Shown one piece after another: positions 28,918-42,166 of a stretch of DNA of 64,000 bases. Within the stretch, counting starts at the first letter, position 1. Each line of letters begins with the position of its first letter. A program made the translations under genes and the position numbers. The notes beneath the pieces were generated by a model. It was not told the origin of the DNA and searched no databases. It worked only from the letters and a program-made list of their open reading frames with translations. The stretch covers positions 22,878,001 through 22,942,000 of the forward strand of contig NC_043015.1 of NCBI RefSeq assembly GCF_006345805.1, in the 5' to 3' direction. Source of the stretch: Octopus sinensis. Lineage: Eukaryota.

Positions 28918-29242
28918 TAAGGGTAGAAATCAATATTTATCAATTAAATATGGTCTTGCATATTAAAAAAAAAGAATCCGAAGATTAAATATTTATATAT
29001 ACCAATTAAGGACTGACGAAGACTGACGATGACTACGGGTACCCTTACGGATAATAATAGTCGAAACTGATTCAGTACATGGATGAGTATTGTTTTTCGT
29101 ATATTTTCACTTGTTTATTGCTTGGGTTGGTGTTGAGTTTGATCTGAGAACATAATCTTTTGTGGAGAATGGCGATTTGACGTCTATATCTAGCATGTTG
29201 ACTGTCCACTTTTTCATATTCAGTCCTTAATTGGTATATATA

Positions 29243-29280
<38 letters not shown>

Positions 29281-29584
29281 CTTAAGCAGTAGAAGTTGAT
29301 TCATTAATTTGGTGAAACAAATGAAACTAGAAGTAAGGCAGAAAATATACTAAGGTATATAGCGCTACACATTTAAGTATATCATGATTTAATTTTGAAA
29401 CCCATCTAGCTAAACAACAATTTGTCCTTCGTCTTGCACCCGATATATGAAAAGAAACTGTGTGGTTACGGAAATCAACGAATACACACATACATACATG
29501 CATGCATACGTCCGTTCATACATACATACATAAATGCATACATACATAAATGCATACATGCATAAATGCATACATACATATATA

Positions 29585-29966
29585 GGATCAGGACTGGCTG
29601 TATGGTAAGAAGCTTGCTTCTCGACCACACGGTTCCGGGTTCAGTGCACTGCGTGGCACCTTGGGCAAGTGTCTTCTGCTATAGCTTCGACCGCACCAAA
29701 GTCATGTGAGTAGATTTGGTGTTTGTGTGTGTGTATGTGTATGTGCGTGTGCGCGTATGTATTTTTGTGTCTGTGTCTGTGCCTTACCATCGTTTGCCAA
29801 CCGATGTTTATGTGTTTGCGTCCCCGTAACTTAGCAGTTTTGCAAAGGAGGTGAATAAGTTCTAGGCTTACAAAAAATAAGTCCCGATGTCGATTTGTTC
29901 GACTAAAGGAGGTGCTCCAACATGGCCACAGTCAAATGACTGAAACAAGTAAATGAATAAAGAATA
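29585..29966 (+). mobile_element. tRNA-derived SINE family A (octopus OR-type by recollection)
   Basis: A-box-like TGGCTGTATGG, B-box-like GGTTCAGTGC, internal (TG)n and 3' end CAGTCAAATGACTGAAACAAGT. Homologous to 44598-45007 and 55735-56137. Confidence 0.85.
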
Positions 29967-30113
29967 CTCCCTCTATTTCTTTTCACATGTCCCTTTCTGT
30001 TGAAGAACGTAGGCTCGAAACGTAAAAGTCTTTCTCACCTACCCTAGTGTTAAACTAATAGACTTCGTTGTTTATACACCTGCCTCCGTCTTTTCCCTCT
30101 CTCCCTCCATCAT

Positions 30114-30160
<47 letters not shown>

Positions 30161-30636
30161 ATATATATATAATTTTTTAAAAGGGTAATAAAAAACCTAC
30201 GAATATATACTAAATACACAGGCGAACAGAAAACACAGAAAGACACCAACTTCTCTTTAGTTACCGGCCAGAGGTTCAAATCACAGTTTCGGTCATTATC
30301 GATAATATTCCTTCCACTCTGGCGGCACCGGTAAGAAACATGTCGCGAATGGGACCAAAACATACCAAGACGAGACGGGTACGAGACGAGACCGACCGTT
30401 AGAAAAATGACGGAGGACAAAACAATAAACAAGATAAAGAAAAGAAAATGGGCATTGGAAAGTTAATAATTGTTTATACTTAACAGCAAATTGATCATCG
30501 TCACTTACAACCGTTTAAATTAACGCTCAATAAACATTAAATTTATATTAATGTGCTGGTATGTGATGATGATCGATTTATTGTTAATTATAAACAATTA
30601 TTAACTTTCTAATGGCCATTTTCTTTTCTTGTTATG

Positions 30637-30695
<59 letters not shown>

Positions 30696-31196
30696 TTATT
30701 ATTTGAGGAAATAAAATCCAAACTTACAAGGAAAAAAATTCAATTGAGAAATAGTAAATCAAATTTCACACAATATAATATATATATATAAATTAGAAAA
30801 TAACCCCACCTTTAATCAATTCAAAATGAACAATCAAATTACACCATCTCGACAATTACATATATGTATATGCATATGTATATTCCACCTTTGTCTTTTA
30901 ATTGCTTCAGTCAGTGAACTGCAGCTATGCTGAGCTATCTCTTTGAAGAGTTTTTAGCCGAATAAATCCACTGCAGGATATTTATATTTAACCCTCGTAC
31001 TTAATCTATCATTATTTTCTGCTGAGCTTGCCCATAACGACTTCTATGTTACAGGGACGTAAACTCATCATCACCGGTTGTCAAGTGGTGGTGGAGCCAG
31101 AACTTACACACATACACACTACACACACATAAGTATATACATACACACACATACACACATACACAGACATCCCCCACCCACATATATATATGTTAG

Positions 31197-31352
<156 letters not shown>

Positions 31353-31419
31353 CCATACAGACAGACAGACAGATACTTAGCACAACAAGAAATATGAATT
31401 AAATATGAATGGTGGACAT

Positions 31420-32320
31420 CATCCAAGATCAGGAGGAGTAATTTACCTAGAAAGGAACGTAATAGTGGGTTAATATCGGTAGAAATCTTCGTAGCGATAG
31501 CTAGATTATATGCAAACTTCTATGTAGGTTAAAGGGAAGGAAATGTTTTCAGGTGCTAAAGTGATAGTAACATATAGGGAAACCAAACCTGCAAAGGAAT
31601 TCAGATACTAGAAAAAAGTAGTAAGATCTTCTGACTGACATGAGAAGGATTTACATGGTAGATATCCATGGTTAGGTGTAGGAAAAAGTAATTTTGAGAG
31701 TATGGTAGCAGGAAGGGAAATTGAAAAGGGAGACATAAAGTTTGTTCGGAGCAGCTAAGGTTAAAGCATTGAGGATCAATTGAATAAAATCAAAAATAGA
31801 CAAATACAAAGTACATTCCCAATCTAAATTTATGCATCAAAAGTGGAAATTCTTACTCATATAGAAACCCATTGTTGCATGCTAGTACACAAAGAATACA
31901 AGAAAAGATATAACAACCTAGGGAGAATAATCCACTGGTTGTTATGTAGAAAGCCAGAATTTGAACATACTGGTAAGTGGCATGAACAGAAACCCAGTAA
32001 AGTAAGAAATATAAGATATTGTGGGATGTTAATGTTAATGTTAATGCTCAAACAGTAATAGAAGCTAGAAGGCCTGACTTAGTAGTAGCAAATAAGGAGA
32101 GTTTAAAATACCAGGTAATTGACTTTACCAACAGATGAGAAAGTGAATATGACAGATATAGAGAAAATACCAAAGCATCATGCCGTAGCCATTGAGTTAC
32201 AGAGGCTTTAGAAAGTGCGGGCAAAGTGTATCTCAGTAGTTATGGGTGCATTAGGAGCTACTCCTAAAGATTGAGCAGAGGGATCGAGAACATAGGCATA
32301 AACGTGTATTATTAATGACA
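31420..32320 (+). mobile_element. Old R4/Dong-clade LINE 3' remnant
   Basis: Broken translation gives LPRKERNSGLISVE, *HEKDLHGRYP, EYKKRYNNLGRIIHWLLCRK...KWHEQKP, ARRPDLVVANK and ISVVMGALG. These are colinear with the C-termini of the 41-44 kb elements. Confidence 0.75.
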
Positions 32321-32562
32321 GCTACGATAGTTCGTTAGGTTCTTGGCGTCAAAGGTTAGCATGTTTGGAATTTTTTCTTTTTCGAACAGTCTAATTTGTG
32401 TATATGAAATAATAATAATGTATGGAATCAATATTACACACACATACACACGCGCATATGACACACACACACACACATTCATGTGTGTATGTATACATGC
32501 ATACAACCATACACATATACATATATCCATATAGCATCAATAGTATGTATAATATATGTATG

Positions 32563-32631
<69 letters not shown>

Positions 32632-33614
32632 ATGGAATAGCAACACATACTCCATAATACCTGATGTGAGACGAAATTGTGAAACATCGATTTATATCGC
32701 ACGTATCTAATTTTCTCCTGTTAAGATACAAAAATAAAAACTGTTTCCGTTTGATTTTTTTCCCGACATATTGTCTCTGTACCTAAGTGGATTTGGGAGT
32801 TTTATATTGATATCTAACACTAGAATAAGTTATCCAAGCCCTTACTGGAATAGTAATATCGATAAGTATTCATAGTTTTAGGATGATGCTATGTCTATCC
32901 TCTTTTCTAATGTACAATTGTCCTTATCAGTCTTTGTGTGATATGAACATTAAAGAAAAAGTATTCCATTTTGAATGATGGCTACATTTCTAAGACGAGA
33001 CAATAGTTTTAAATAAACAGACATATCTCTATAATTCCGTTCCGTTTCAGCTTATCTCTAACTGATATTATGTAACATACTGTTGCAATCAAAGCTGATA
33101 AGAAAATTCTATCGACGTTTTCTTTTCATGTTAAGTTATGTCAAGTTTCAATACAGAATGGGATGAGTGTGTATACAGTATACAAAACCATAGAATGAGA
33201 TATTTTTTTCTTTCTGTGCTGTCACTATATCACAGGAAAGTAGATGTTCCTATGTGTACCTGAAATTCTGTTATATAAAATGGTTATATAGATAAACACA
33301 CACACACACACACACATTGACAAATATAAAATATTTGTTTATATGGTCGAGTTTTCATTAAAGTTATCGTCAATGTTGTACTTTATTATAATAGAATTCC
33401 TCTTAGAATCGAACTCAACGCAGCCCGCTAACGGCAACGATGACAACAATGAAAGTTTGAAAAATGTGACTGTATTTATATGTAGATACTATTTATACAT
33501 CTTACACAGATATATCCACATTTTTCAAATCAAAACGTCGGTGACTATGTGAATCAACTTTCCTTAGTGCGATTTCAGAGCGTGCCGGCCATCATTATTA
33601 CAATACATCTGAAA

Positions 33615-33830
33615 GCGGCGAGCTGGCAAAACCGTTAGTGCGCTGGATGAAAGTCTTAGCGATATTTCGCCCATCGCTACATTCTCGGTTCAAATTTCGT
33701 TTTGGGCGACCTTGCCTTTCGTCATTTGCGGGTGGATAAAATAAGTACAAGTTGAACACTGGGGTCAATGTAGTCGACACATCCCCTCCCCCAAAATTGC
33801 TATCCTTGTGGAAAAATTTGCAACCATTAT
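33615..33830 (+). mobile_element. tRNA-derived SINE family B, single diverged copy
   Basis: Begins GGCGAGCTGGCAAAACCGTTAG, has B-box-like GGTTCAAATT, and its body is homologous to 33873-34420 and 48142-48360. Confidence 0.8.
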
Positions 33831-33849
33831 TATACTACATCCGAACGCG

Positions 33850-34420
33850 GAGAGATGGCGAAATGCTTAGCGGTATTTTGTCTGCCGTTACGTTGTGAGT
33901 TTAAATTCCGCCGAGGTCGACTTTGCCTTTCATCCTTTTGGGGTCGATAAATTAAGTACCAGTTATGCACTGGGGTCAATGTAATCGACTTAATCCGTCT
34001 GTCTGTCCTTGTTTGTCTCCTCTGTGTTTAGCCCCTTGTGGGTAGGAAAGAAATAGTATTTCGTCTGCCGCTACGTTCTGACTTCAAATTCCGCCGAGAT
34101 CGACTTAGCCTTTCATACTTTCGGGGTCGATATATTAAGTACCAGTTACGCACTGTGGCCGATGTAATCGTCTTAATCCCTTTGTCTGTCCATGTCAGCC
34201 CACTCTATGTTTAGCCCATTGTCGGTAGTAAAGAAATAGGTATTACGTCTGTTTTTACGTTCTGAGTTCAAATTCGGTCGAAGTCGACTTTAACTTTCAT
34301 CCTTTTTGGGGTCCACAAACCTTTTGGGGGTACACAACCAGTTACGTACTGGGGTCGATCTAATCGAGTCTCATAATATTTCCGGCCTTGTGCCTATAAC
34401 AGAAAATAATTATTATAATG
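33850..34420 (+). repeat. SINE family B head followed by three head-to-tail ~183-bp units
   Basis: Units start at 33873, 34056 and 34240 with GTATT(T/A)(T/C)GTCTG. Each contains a TTCAAATTC-like B box, GTCGACTT, AAGTACCAGTT and GTAATCG. The third unit is the most diverged. Confidence 0.85.
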
Positions 34421-36312
34421 CACCCCGTGCTACTTTAGACTACATCCCATGTTTGTCGTTTCCTAAGTTTCGTTCTTCTGCTGGATATTGAAATTCTGAT
34501 CAGTCGACAGACTAAGTTGACCTATCTTCAAATACTTTATACTCCGCGACCTTTGCATCTTTTCTCATGTTTTCGGAAGTGCAGCATTCAGTACACACCG
34601 GTGATGATCTTTAAATGTGTACATTTATACTTCAAGTGATTATATACATTGAAATGAGGAGAAACCCGCTTCGACATTTACCACAACGATGTGGTAAATG
34701 TCTGGTGGCTTTGACTTCCACGTTTGACTGTATATACATACGATCATTATATGTGTATACAGGTTTCTTTTAATCATCGCTACTAGGTGTGCCATGAATT
34801 GACAAAGTCTTGCATGCAAACATGTTTTGTTCTTTGCATCTAATAACAGCAATTCTTAGTGAGTTGGGAGAGATGGATTCGGTCCCTTAGCTCACGAAGA
34901 GGAACGACACGAAAATGCGTGTCATACAGCACGATGACGTCAATCGTAGCCGATTGCTACGAAAGATTTAGCTTCTATTTTCAGCATATCCCGCAAGGAC
35001 ATAGAATCTTGCTCGGTGACTTTTCATTACAGTGTGTGTTACGTAACGTTGTCATAATTTCTTGTGTATGAAGACTGAAACACTTCACATCAATACATAG
35101 ATTCCACAAGTGACTAAGACTAGTCAGCCACAAACAATGTGATTGATTGTTTCCTCTCAGCTTCAACATATTTCAACTTCATATATATGAAGGAGCATCC
35201 GTTTCTGGATTCATACATTTTTTTTTATTTTAGATATTACTTATATTATTTTATTCATTGTTTCATTCAGTATATCATTTCTTGACAAGAGTGTTTCTTC
35301 CGAATTATCAAATATTGATTTATTGAAACTCCAGCACGTGACCACCACAATTTGTGAGTATAGGAGTGTTGCATCCACTTTTTTTTCTTTACCTTAGAAC
35401 TGTTGCTACTGCTGTTGTTGTTTTTACGCAGCTGATACCGTCGGAAATTGAACATAGATGCAAAGAGACTTAACAAATACCGACGGGTTATTACTTCTAT
35501 ATTCTGCCGTGCTACCACTTAACTACTGTAACGTTTCGTAAGCTAAGAATGGAATAAAAGCAGAAGAAATTGTAGAATGCCGGATCAAATACATTGAGAC
35601 ATCATTTACGCCAGGTAATAATGTCTATTTAATCGACTCTAATGATCTCTGAGAGCTATAAATGTGGACGAGGCTGTTGTAAGCGATTTAATTTACATTA
35701 AATACACGGCGGATACATATTCTATTAAACCCAGAAGAATGAAGCGAAAAGTCAACTCAGCTGGGATTTTGAATTCCCAATGTAGCAGGATGTAACCAAA
35801 TGCTTTAAAGAAATGTTCGTGGGTGTTCAATCGTTTCTTTCAAACTCAAAACCTAATGGATATGCTAAATGGGAAAATATTAACAATGAGGTACTTAATA
35901 GCATTCCTATTAAACGGGAACCTTCTATCCTATGAGGAAATATCCTGATACGATAGATTATTGTATCCTCATAAATTACTAACCCTTCCCGCATCAAGCA
36001 CTGCAATATTTTATCTCTTCGTCTCTTATATAATTGAGTGCCATTTTGGCGGAAGATAATTGTTTCCGAAACTTTCCTTCAAGCAGCTAGTTCTGCAATA
36101 AAGTATCTCTTAAATATGTAGATATTTGTTGTATCTGAAATTAACCGTTTCCGAAATGTTACATATTTGTAAAGGTGTTAAACATTAAAGTTGACAACTT
36201 TCTTTTTAACCCAAAACAGGACACTGCAATTCTAAAAACAGCACTGTTTCTTTCAAATTAAACTTTTTCAGGTTTGCAGGAATGTACACACAAACACACA
36301 CATGTCTGCATG

Positions 36313-36328
<16 letters not shown>

Positions 36329-36392
<64 letters not shown>
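36329..36392. repeat. (TG)n microsatellite
   Basis: Direct reading. Confidence 0.95.
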
Positions 36393-36399
<7 letters not shown>

Positions 36400-36832
36400 A
36401 AAAATAAGAGTTAATAACTTATTATTATTAATAACAAATCAATAATCATCACTTACAGCTGTTTCATTTAATACTCACTTAATTAAATATTAAATTCATA
36501 TGCCCTGGGCATAATATCTTCAGCAGGGATAAAATATACCCCTGCCTGTTTTATATAGGTTCATGTATTCATTATAGGACACCGAATGCTGCTTTTTATG
36601 ATTTGTGTTCGGGCGATGGTTTTGCAGGTTGGTTGGAGATAAGATAGAGTAGGTAAATATAATTAGTGTAAAAAATAAATAAATAAATAAATAAGATAGA
36701 GATGATAAAGGATATATAGAATGTAATATATGTTAATAAGTTATAAATAAAGTCAAGAAAATTTGTTTATATGCAAGTACGCACGCATACATATACATAT
36801 AATAATATACATATGCACATTCATATACATAT

Positions 36833-36974
<142 letters not shown>

Positions 36975-37571
36975 GAAATCCAAACAAAAACTAGAACAGC
37001 AAAGAACCATGATAAAACGTTTTATCATGGTTCATGAAAGAAAGAACCATGATAAAACGATCATGGAAAAAATAATGATGCTAAGATTCTGTCTGGTCGA
37101 ACACAACTTCTCTATTCACAAATAATACAGAACATCCCTTCTTTAATTTTTCTTAAGGCTAGTAGTAGTAGACATTTGAACTTTTTATGACCGATAGGAC
37201 CCCACCTAAAAAAAAAAGGTAAAGAAAAAATATCCCTGATGATGATGATGCTGATGGTGATGGCGATGATGGTGATGATGATAATAATGATAGTAATAGT
37301 GTTGATAATCTATCTATCTATCTACATACACGTACACACACACACACACTCACAGAGTTCAGCCGACACCAATCTCACCTCGGCTCTTTAGATGTTAACC
37401 AAATATGAAAGTATTATTTGACAGGCAAGAATTCTGGCATTGAAGACAGCCACCCAGCAAACCACCCAGCCAGCCAACGAGACAGACAGACTCTACTGTG
37501 ATGGTGATAATGATAAAAACAAAAATAACAATAATAAGATACTGCTGTGACTACGCATAAAACAATATCAT

Positions 37572-37620
<49 letters not shown>

Positions 37621-37815
37621 GGTGATGGTGATGATGATAATGATGATAGTAATAGTGGTGATAATGATAATAGCGATAATAGTGGTGATGATAATAACAA
37701 TAATAAACCGACTACGGTTGCTATAATGGTATGATTATAATTGTAACGGCAATGATGGCCGTCTCCCCACGAGCCAATCAAAGCTAAAAAGTGATAACAT
37801 TATCGTAGCACCAAA

Positions 37816-39345
37816 ATGTTTCTGGAAACTGAAAGGAAAACTAAATCAGTATACCAAATCGCTTGTCCTATGGTTAATCTGGAAGCGCGTCCCCCAGGGA
37901 AGAGCCTGCATGGGATTGAAAAGTCATCAACTGGCACAAACTCTTCTTCGAATACGGCCATGGATGATCCGTTGAACGGGAAATTCCCCAACTCGAGCCC
38001 TCCAAGTTCACCACCACAACCACCACAGAAAGGAAAATGTAAGCGGAACAAATGGACCCGAGAAGAGTATAAAGAAGTAATATACGCTTATTACTATGCA
38101 TTAGGTAGGCCATCTCAAGAGAGACACACCGCAAACTCTTACAATATACGGAATCAAGACAGTAGGCCCTATTTGGACGAGAACAAATTGGCAAATGTGA
38201 GGAGGGATATTCTTAGAAATAACAGACTCTCAGACAGTGAAATAAGCGCGAACAAGCACGCAACAGAAAATGACATAAATGTACGACACAAAGGAAATGA
38301 AGAATCAGATGAACAGTATAGCTCGCCACGAGGCTTAATTGAAAGACTGCCATCTGACCAAAGTACGCAAAGGCCTGAAGATACAAGAAATTCTATTGAA
38401 CCTGTTAAAGATAGCCACGAAAATGATAAAACAACAGTAACTGAAGATTTCGCATTTGCTGAAGAACACAGAGAGTCTATGGCAGAAATGAGGCAGAAAA
38501 TCCTGAATCCGCTTGAAGTTGTAAGACATACAAGTATGAATGATAGAGAACCACTTCATAAACTCTCAAATACAAACCAAACTAAAAATCAAATCCAAAT
38601 TGGCAACTATGTAACAAATGAAATAATACAAGAATTAAAACCTGATTTTACTGAGTTAAATGAAATTATTTATGCCTCTGCTAGGGCAATTGAAACAAGC
38701 TGTATGCCCCCGAAGAAACAAAGAAAACCAAACCCGGGAAGAAATCAAACCTGGAGAAGTAAAATTGAAAAAGATATTGAATTTATGAGAGGAGAAATAT
38801 CAATATTAAATGAACTAATATGTGGAAATGATGTAAGATCCAGAACAGGAAGAAAGATGAATAATAAAGAAGAACCGATATCAATAAAAGAAACGCTGAA
38901 ACAAAAAGTCCAAGCAAAAGCCCAAAGGATACGAAGATTTGAGAAGAGAAACAAGTTTTACAAGCAAAATAAGCTGTTCACATCCAATGCCAAAAAATTC
39001 TACAGAGAAATAGGGAAGGAGAAAGTAACCGTTAAAGACCCACCTCCCATGGAAGAAGTTCAAATCTTTTGGAAAAGGATTTGGAGTGACAAGAAGACGT
39101 ACAACATAAATGCAGACTGGATTATACAAACAGAAGGATCCTACCAAAATTTACAACAACAAGCATGGGAAGACATCACAATAGCAGACCTAAGAAAGGC
39201 ACTCACGAAGGACCATAATTGGAAATCCCCCGGTAAAGATAGGGTGCCGAATTTCTGGCTCGCATCGCTCCCATGCGCACACGGTAAGCTAGTTCAGCTG
39301 CTCAATGGAATTATGAGAGACCCAAAGAAAAACCTGAATAGTTAG
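37816..39345 (+). pseudogene. N-terminal 509-aa part of the Dong/R4 ORF, ending at a frameshift at the start of RT
   Basis: Track ORF. RT continues in other frames (39345-39680, 40090-40626). Confidence 0.88.
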
Positions 39346-40622
39346 CAAGTGGTATTACTTACCTACTCCCAAAGAATAACGAAACCAACCTTCCAAAAAA
39401 CTATCGGCCTATAACCTGTCTATCCAACACGTATAAACTCCTAACATCTATCCTGGCGGAGAAAACATAGGCATTGATGGAGAAGAACGATATTTTTCCC
39501 ATTGAACAAAAAGGGTGCCGCCGAGGCTCATACGGATGCAAAGATCAACTGCTAATTAATCGTATGATCCTTGAGCACTGTCACAACAAGCGCAGAAATC
39601 TCAGCTCCGCATGAATTGACTATAAAAAGGCCTTCGACAGTATACCGCATCCATGGATCTTGAGATCGCTGGACATCGTCAAATTCAGTCGTGTTAGATG
39701 TTGACACAGTCATAAGAGAGCATGAGCAAGAACAAACATACAAATATTTAGGAATAAATGGAGGCTCTGGTATTCAGCATGAAGCATGAAAGAGAAGATC
39801 AGGAAAGAATGTTATAGGAGATTTCGTGCAGTCCTCAAATCTTAACTAAATGCACGTAACAAGGTGTTAGCTATAAATTCTTTAGCAGTTCCAGTTGTTA
39901 CTTATAGCTACAATGTGTTGAAATGGAATATGAGTCAAGTAAAGAAAATAGATAGGAAAATACGCAAGCTGCTGAGTTGTAATAGGATGCACCACCCAAA
40001 TGGAGACGTAGATCGCCTTTACCTCTCCAGAGCCCAAGGAGGTCGAGGCCTGATCCAGAAATCTCAGCTCCGCATGAATTGACTATACTGCATTCATGGA
40101 TGTTGAAATCGCTGGACATCTTCAAAATTTCCCCAGTGATTTCAAGCTTCCTGAAGCATAATATGTCGTTGTGGAATACGAATCTCCAATTATACCACTT
40201 TAATGGATACTTGCCTCAGAGAATATAAAGATCAACTGTGGAATTTTTCAAGTTGACTCACTTTCACATTTAATATTCTGCATAGCCCTAATACCGCTTA
40301 CAAGTGAATTAAACAGAACAGGGTATGGGTATAAAATGGTCAATAAAAAAATAAGCCATCTATTTTATACGGATGATTTAAAACTCTATGGTAAAGACGA
40401 TAATAAACTTGAAGTTCTATTGCGCACTGTGAAAGCATTCAGTGATGACAACGGGATAGATTTTGGGCTTGAGAAGTGTGCCAAGGTCACTTTCCAGAAA
40501 GGGAAAGTGAAGACCACAAATTCAGTCGTGTTAGATGTTGACACAGTCATAAGAGAGCTTGAGCAAGAACAAACCTACAAATATTTAGGGATAAATGAAG
40601 GCTCTGGTATTCAGCATGAAGC

Positions 40623-41918
40623 ATGAAAGAGAAGATCAGGAGGGAATGTTATAGGAGAGTTCGAGCAGTCCTGAAATCTGAACTAAATGCACGTAACAAT
40701 GTGTTAGCTATAAATTCCTTAGCAGTTCAAGTTGTTATTTATAGCTACAATGTGTTGAACTGGAATATGAGTGAAGTAAAGAAAATAGATAGGAAAATGC
40801 GCAAGCTGCTTAGTTGTAATAGGATGCACCACCCAAATGCAGTCGTATATCGCCTTTACCTACTCAGAGCCCAAGGAGGTCGAGGCCTGATCCAATTTGA
40901 ACTAGCTTACAAAACAACCACAATTGGACTGGCCAAATATCTTGAAATAACGAATGACTGGATGCTAAAGCTCGTGGAAAATCACGAGAGACGAAAGAAG
41001 CTTCATTCTATCATTAAGGAAAGCAAAAAATATGCTATTGATCTCGTGCAGGATACCCAAACTGAACAACCTGAGGGAAGTACGGCTACTATTGTTGCAA
41101 AGAAGGTGAAAATAATGGCAACGAAAAAAGCGCACGAGCAATTGGCTGATAGGTGGGAGGAGAAACCTCTGCACGGCAAATATGTGGCTCGTAGCAAACA
41201 AGCTGATATTAACCAGAAGCAAACCCATCAGTGGCTACGGAGCTCAGGGCTAAAAGCAGATAGCGAAGGTTTCATCCTGGCTGCTCAAGATCAAAGCCTA
41301 TTAACCTGGAACTACCAGGCCAATGTGATGAAAAATGGAGCAGACCCAAACTGCCGATTCTACAACGACATGATTGAAACAGTGGACCACCTAATCTCTG
41401 GATGTAAAGTCTTAGCACCAGTGAAGTATAAATTAAGACATGACAGAGTTGGCCAATATCTACACTGGCTAATAAGTCAGCATTACAATATCAAAACTGC
41501 CGAAAAGTGGTATAATCACCACATTGAAGCTGTCACTGAAGGAGAAAATGTAACGATTCTGTGGGACTTTCCAGTACATACAGACCGAACCATCAGAGCC
41601 AATAAACCGGATATTGTTGTGAAAGACCAAAACAATAAAGTTTGCTTATTGATCGACATGAGCACCCCCTGTGAACATAATATCTCGGCGAAAGAGTTTG
41701 ACAAGCTCAGAATATATCAAGACCTGCTCATTGAAATTGAGAAAATGTGGCATCTCAAGGCGGTTACAATACCAGTGATCGTAGGAGCACTAGGAATGAT
41801 CAACAAGGGAACCGAAAATTATATGAGAATGATCCCTGGCTTACCATCCCTGCAAGAAGTGCAAAAGATTGTCTTAACTGGTACATCACACGTATTGAGA
41901 AGAGCATTGTCGATGTGA
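40623..41918 (+). pseudogene. C-terminal 431-aa part of the Dong/R4 ORF (RT thumb, Zn knuckle, RLE)
   Basis: Track ORF with RLYL.RAQGGRGL, WEEKPLHGKY, FILAAQDQSL, RHD and PD-(D/E)xK-type motifs. The true stop is at 41916-41918. Confidence 0.9.
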
Positions 41919-42166
41919 GAACTATTACTAACATGTATTTTAATTTAATTTAAAAAAAAAATGAACGAACTAGTGAGTTTAGTTTAATGGCCTACCAATG
42001 TATACTATGAGTTTCTTTGCCCTAGGAGTTGGCAAGACACTCGGCAAGAAATGGAAGCAAATTTGAAAGAAGGGGAAAAAAAGATCATAATAATAATAAT
42101 AATAATAAGATGATTTATATTTTTAGCTAACATTTTCATCTTTTTATTATTATTATTATTATTATT

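Larger units (their letters stand above)
37750..42087 (+). mobile_element. Near full-length R4/Dong-clade non-LTR retrotransposon, inactivated
   Basis: N-terminus RNKWTREEYKEVIYAYY. RT motifs KSPGKDRVPNFWL, NYRPITCL, EQKGCRRGSYGCKDQLLIN, DYKKAFDSIPH, GIFQVDSLS and SHLFYTDDLKLY. CCHC-type CRFYNDMIETVDHLISGC, then RHDRV and RLE NKPDIVV..LLIDMSTP. 3' UTR ends in (TAA)n at 42088. The 5' boundary is approximate. Confidence 0.93.

Noticed and set aside
30257-30345. Long TTACCGG…CCGGTAA hairpin followed by GAAACATGTC
   Set aside because: It looks like the 3' half of a hammerhead, but no CUGANGA core or stem I partner lies upstream.
33850-34420. Regularly spaced repeats as a CRISPR-like array
   Set aside because: The whole 183-bp unit is repeated with no unique spacers, it is SINE-derived, and the context is eukaryotic.
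37745-37790. HDV-like ribozyme at the Dong 5' end (CGT-CTCCCC-ACG, GCTAA)
   Set aside because: P3/L3 and J4/2-like pieces are present, but P1, P1.1 and P2 could not be paired.
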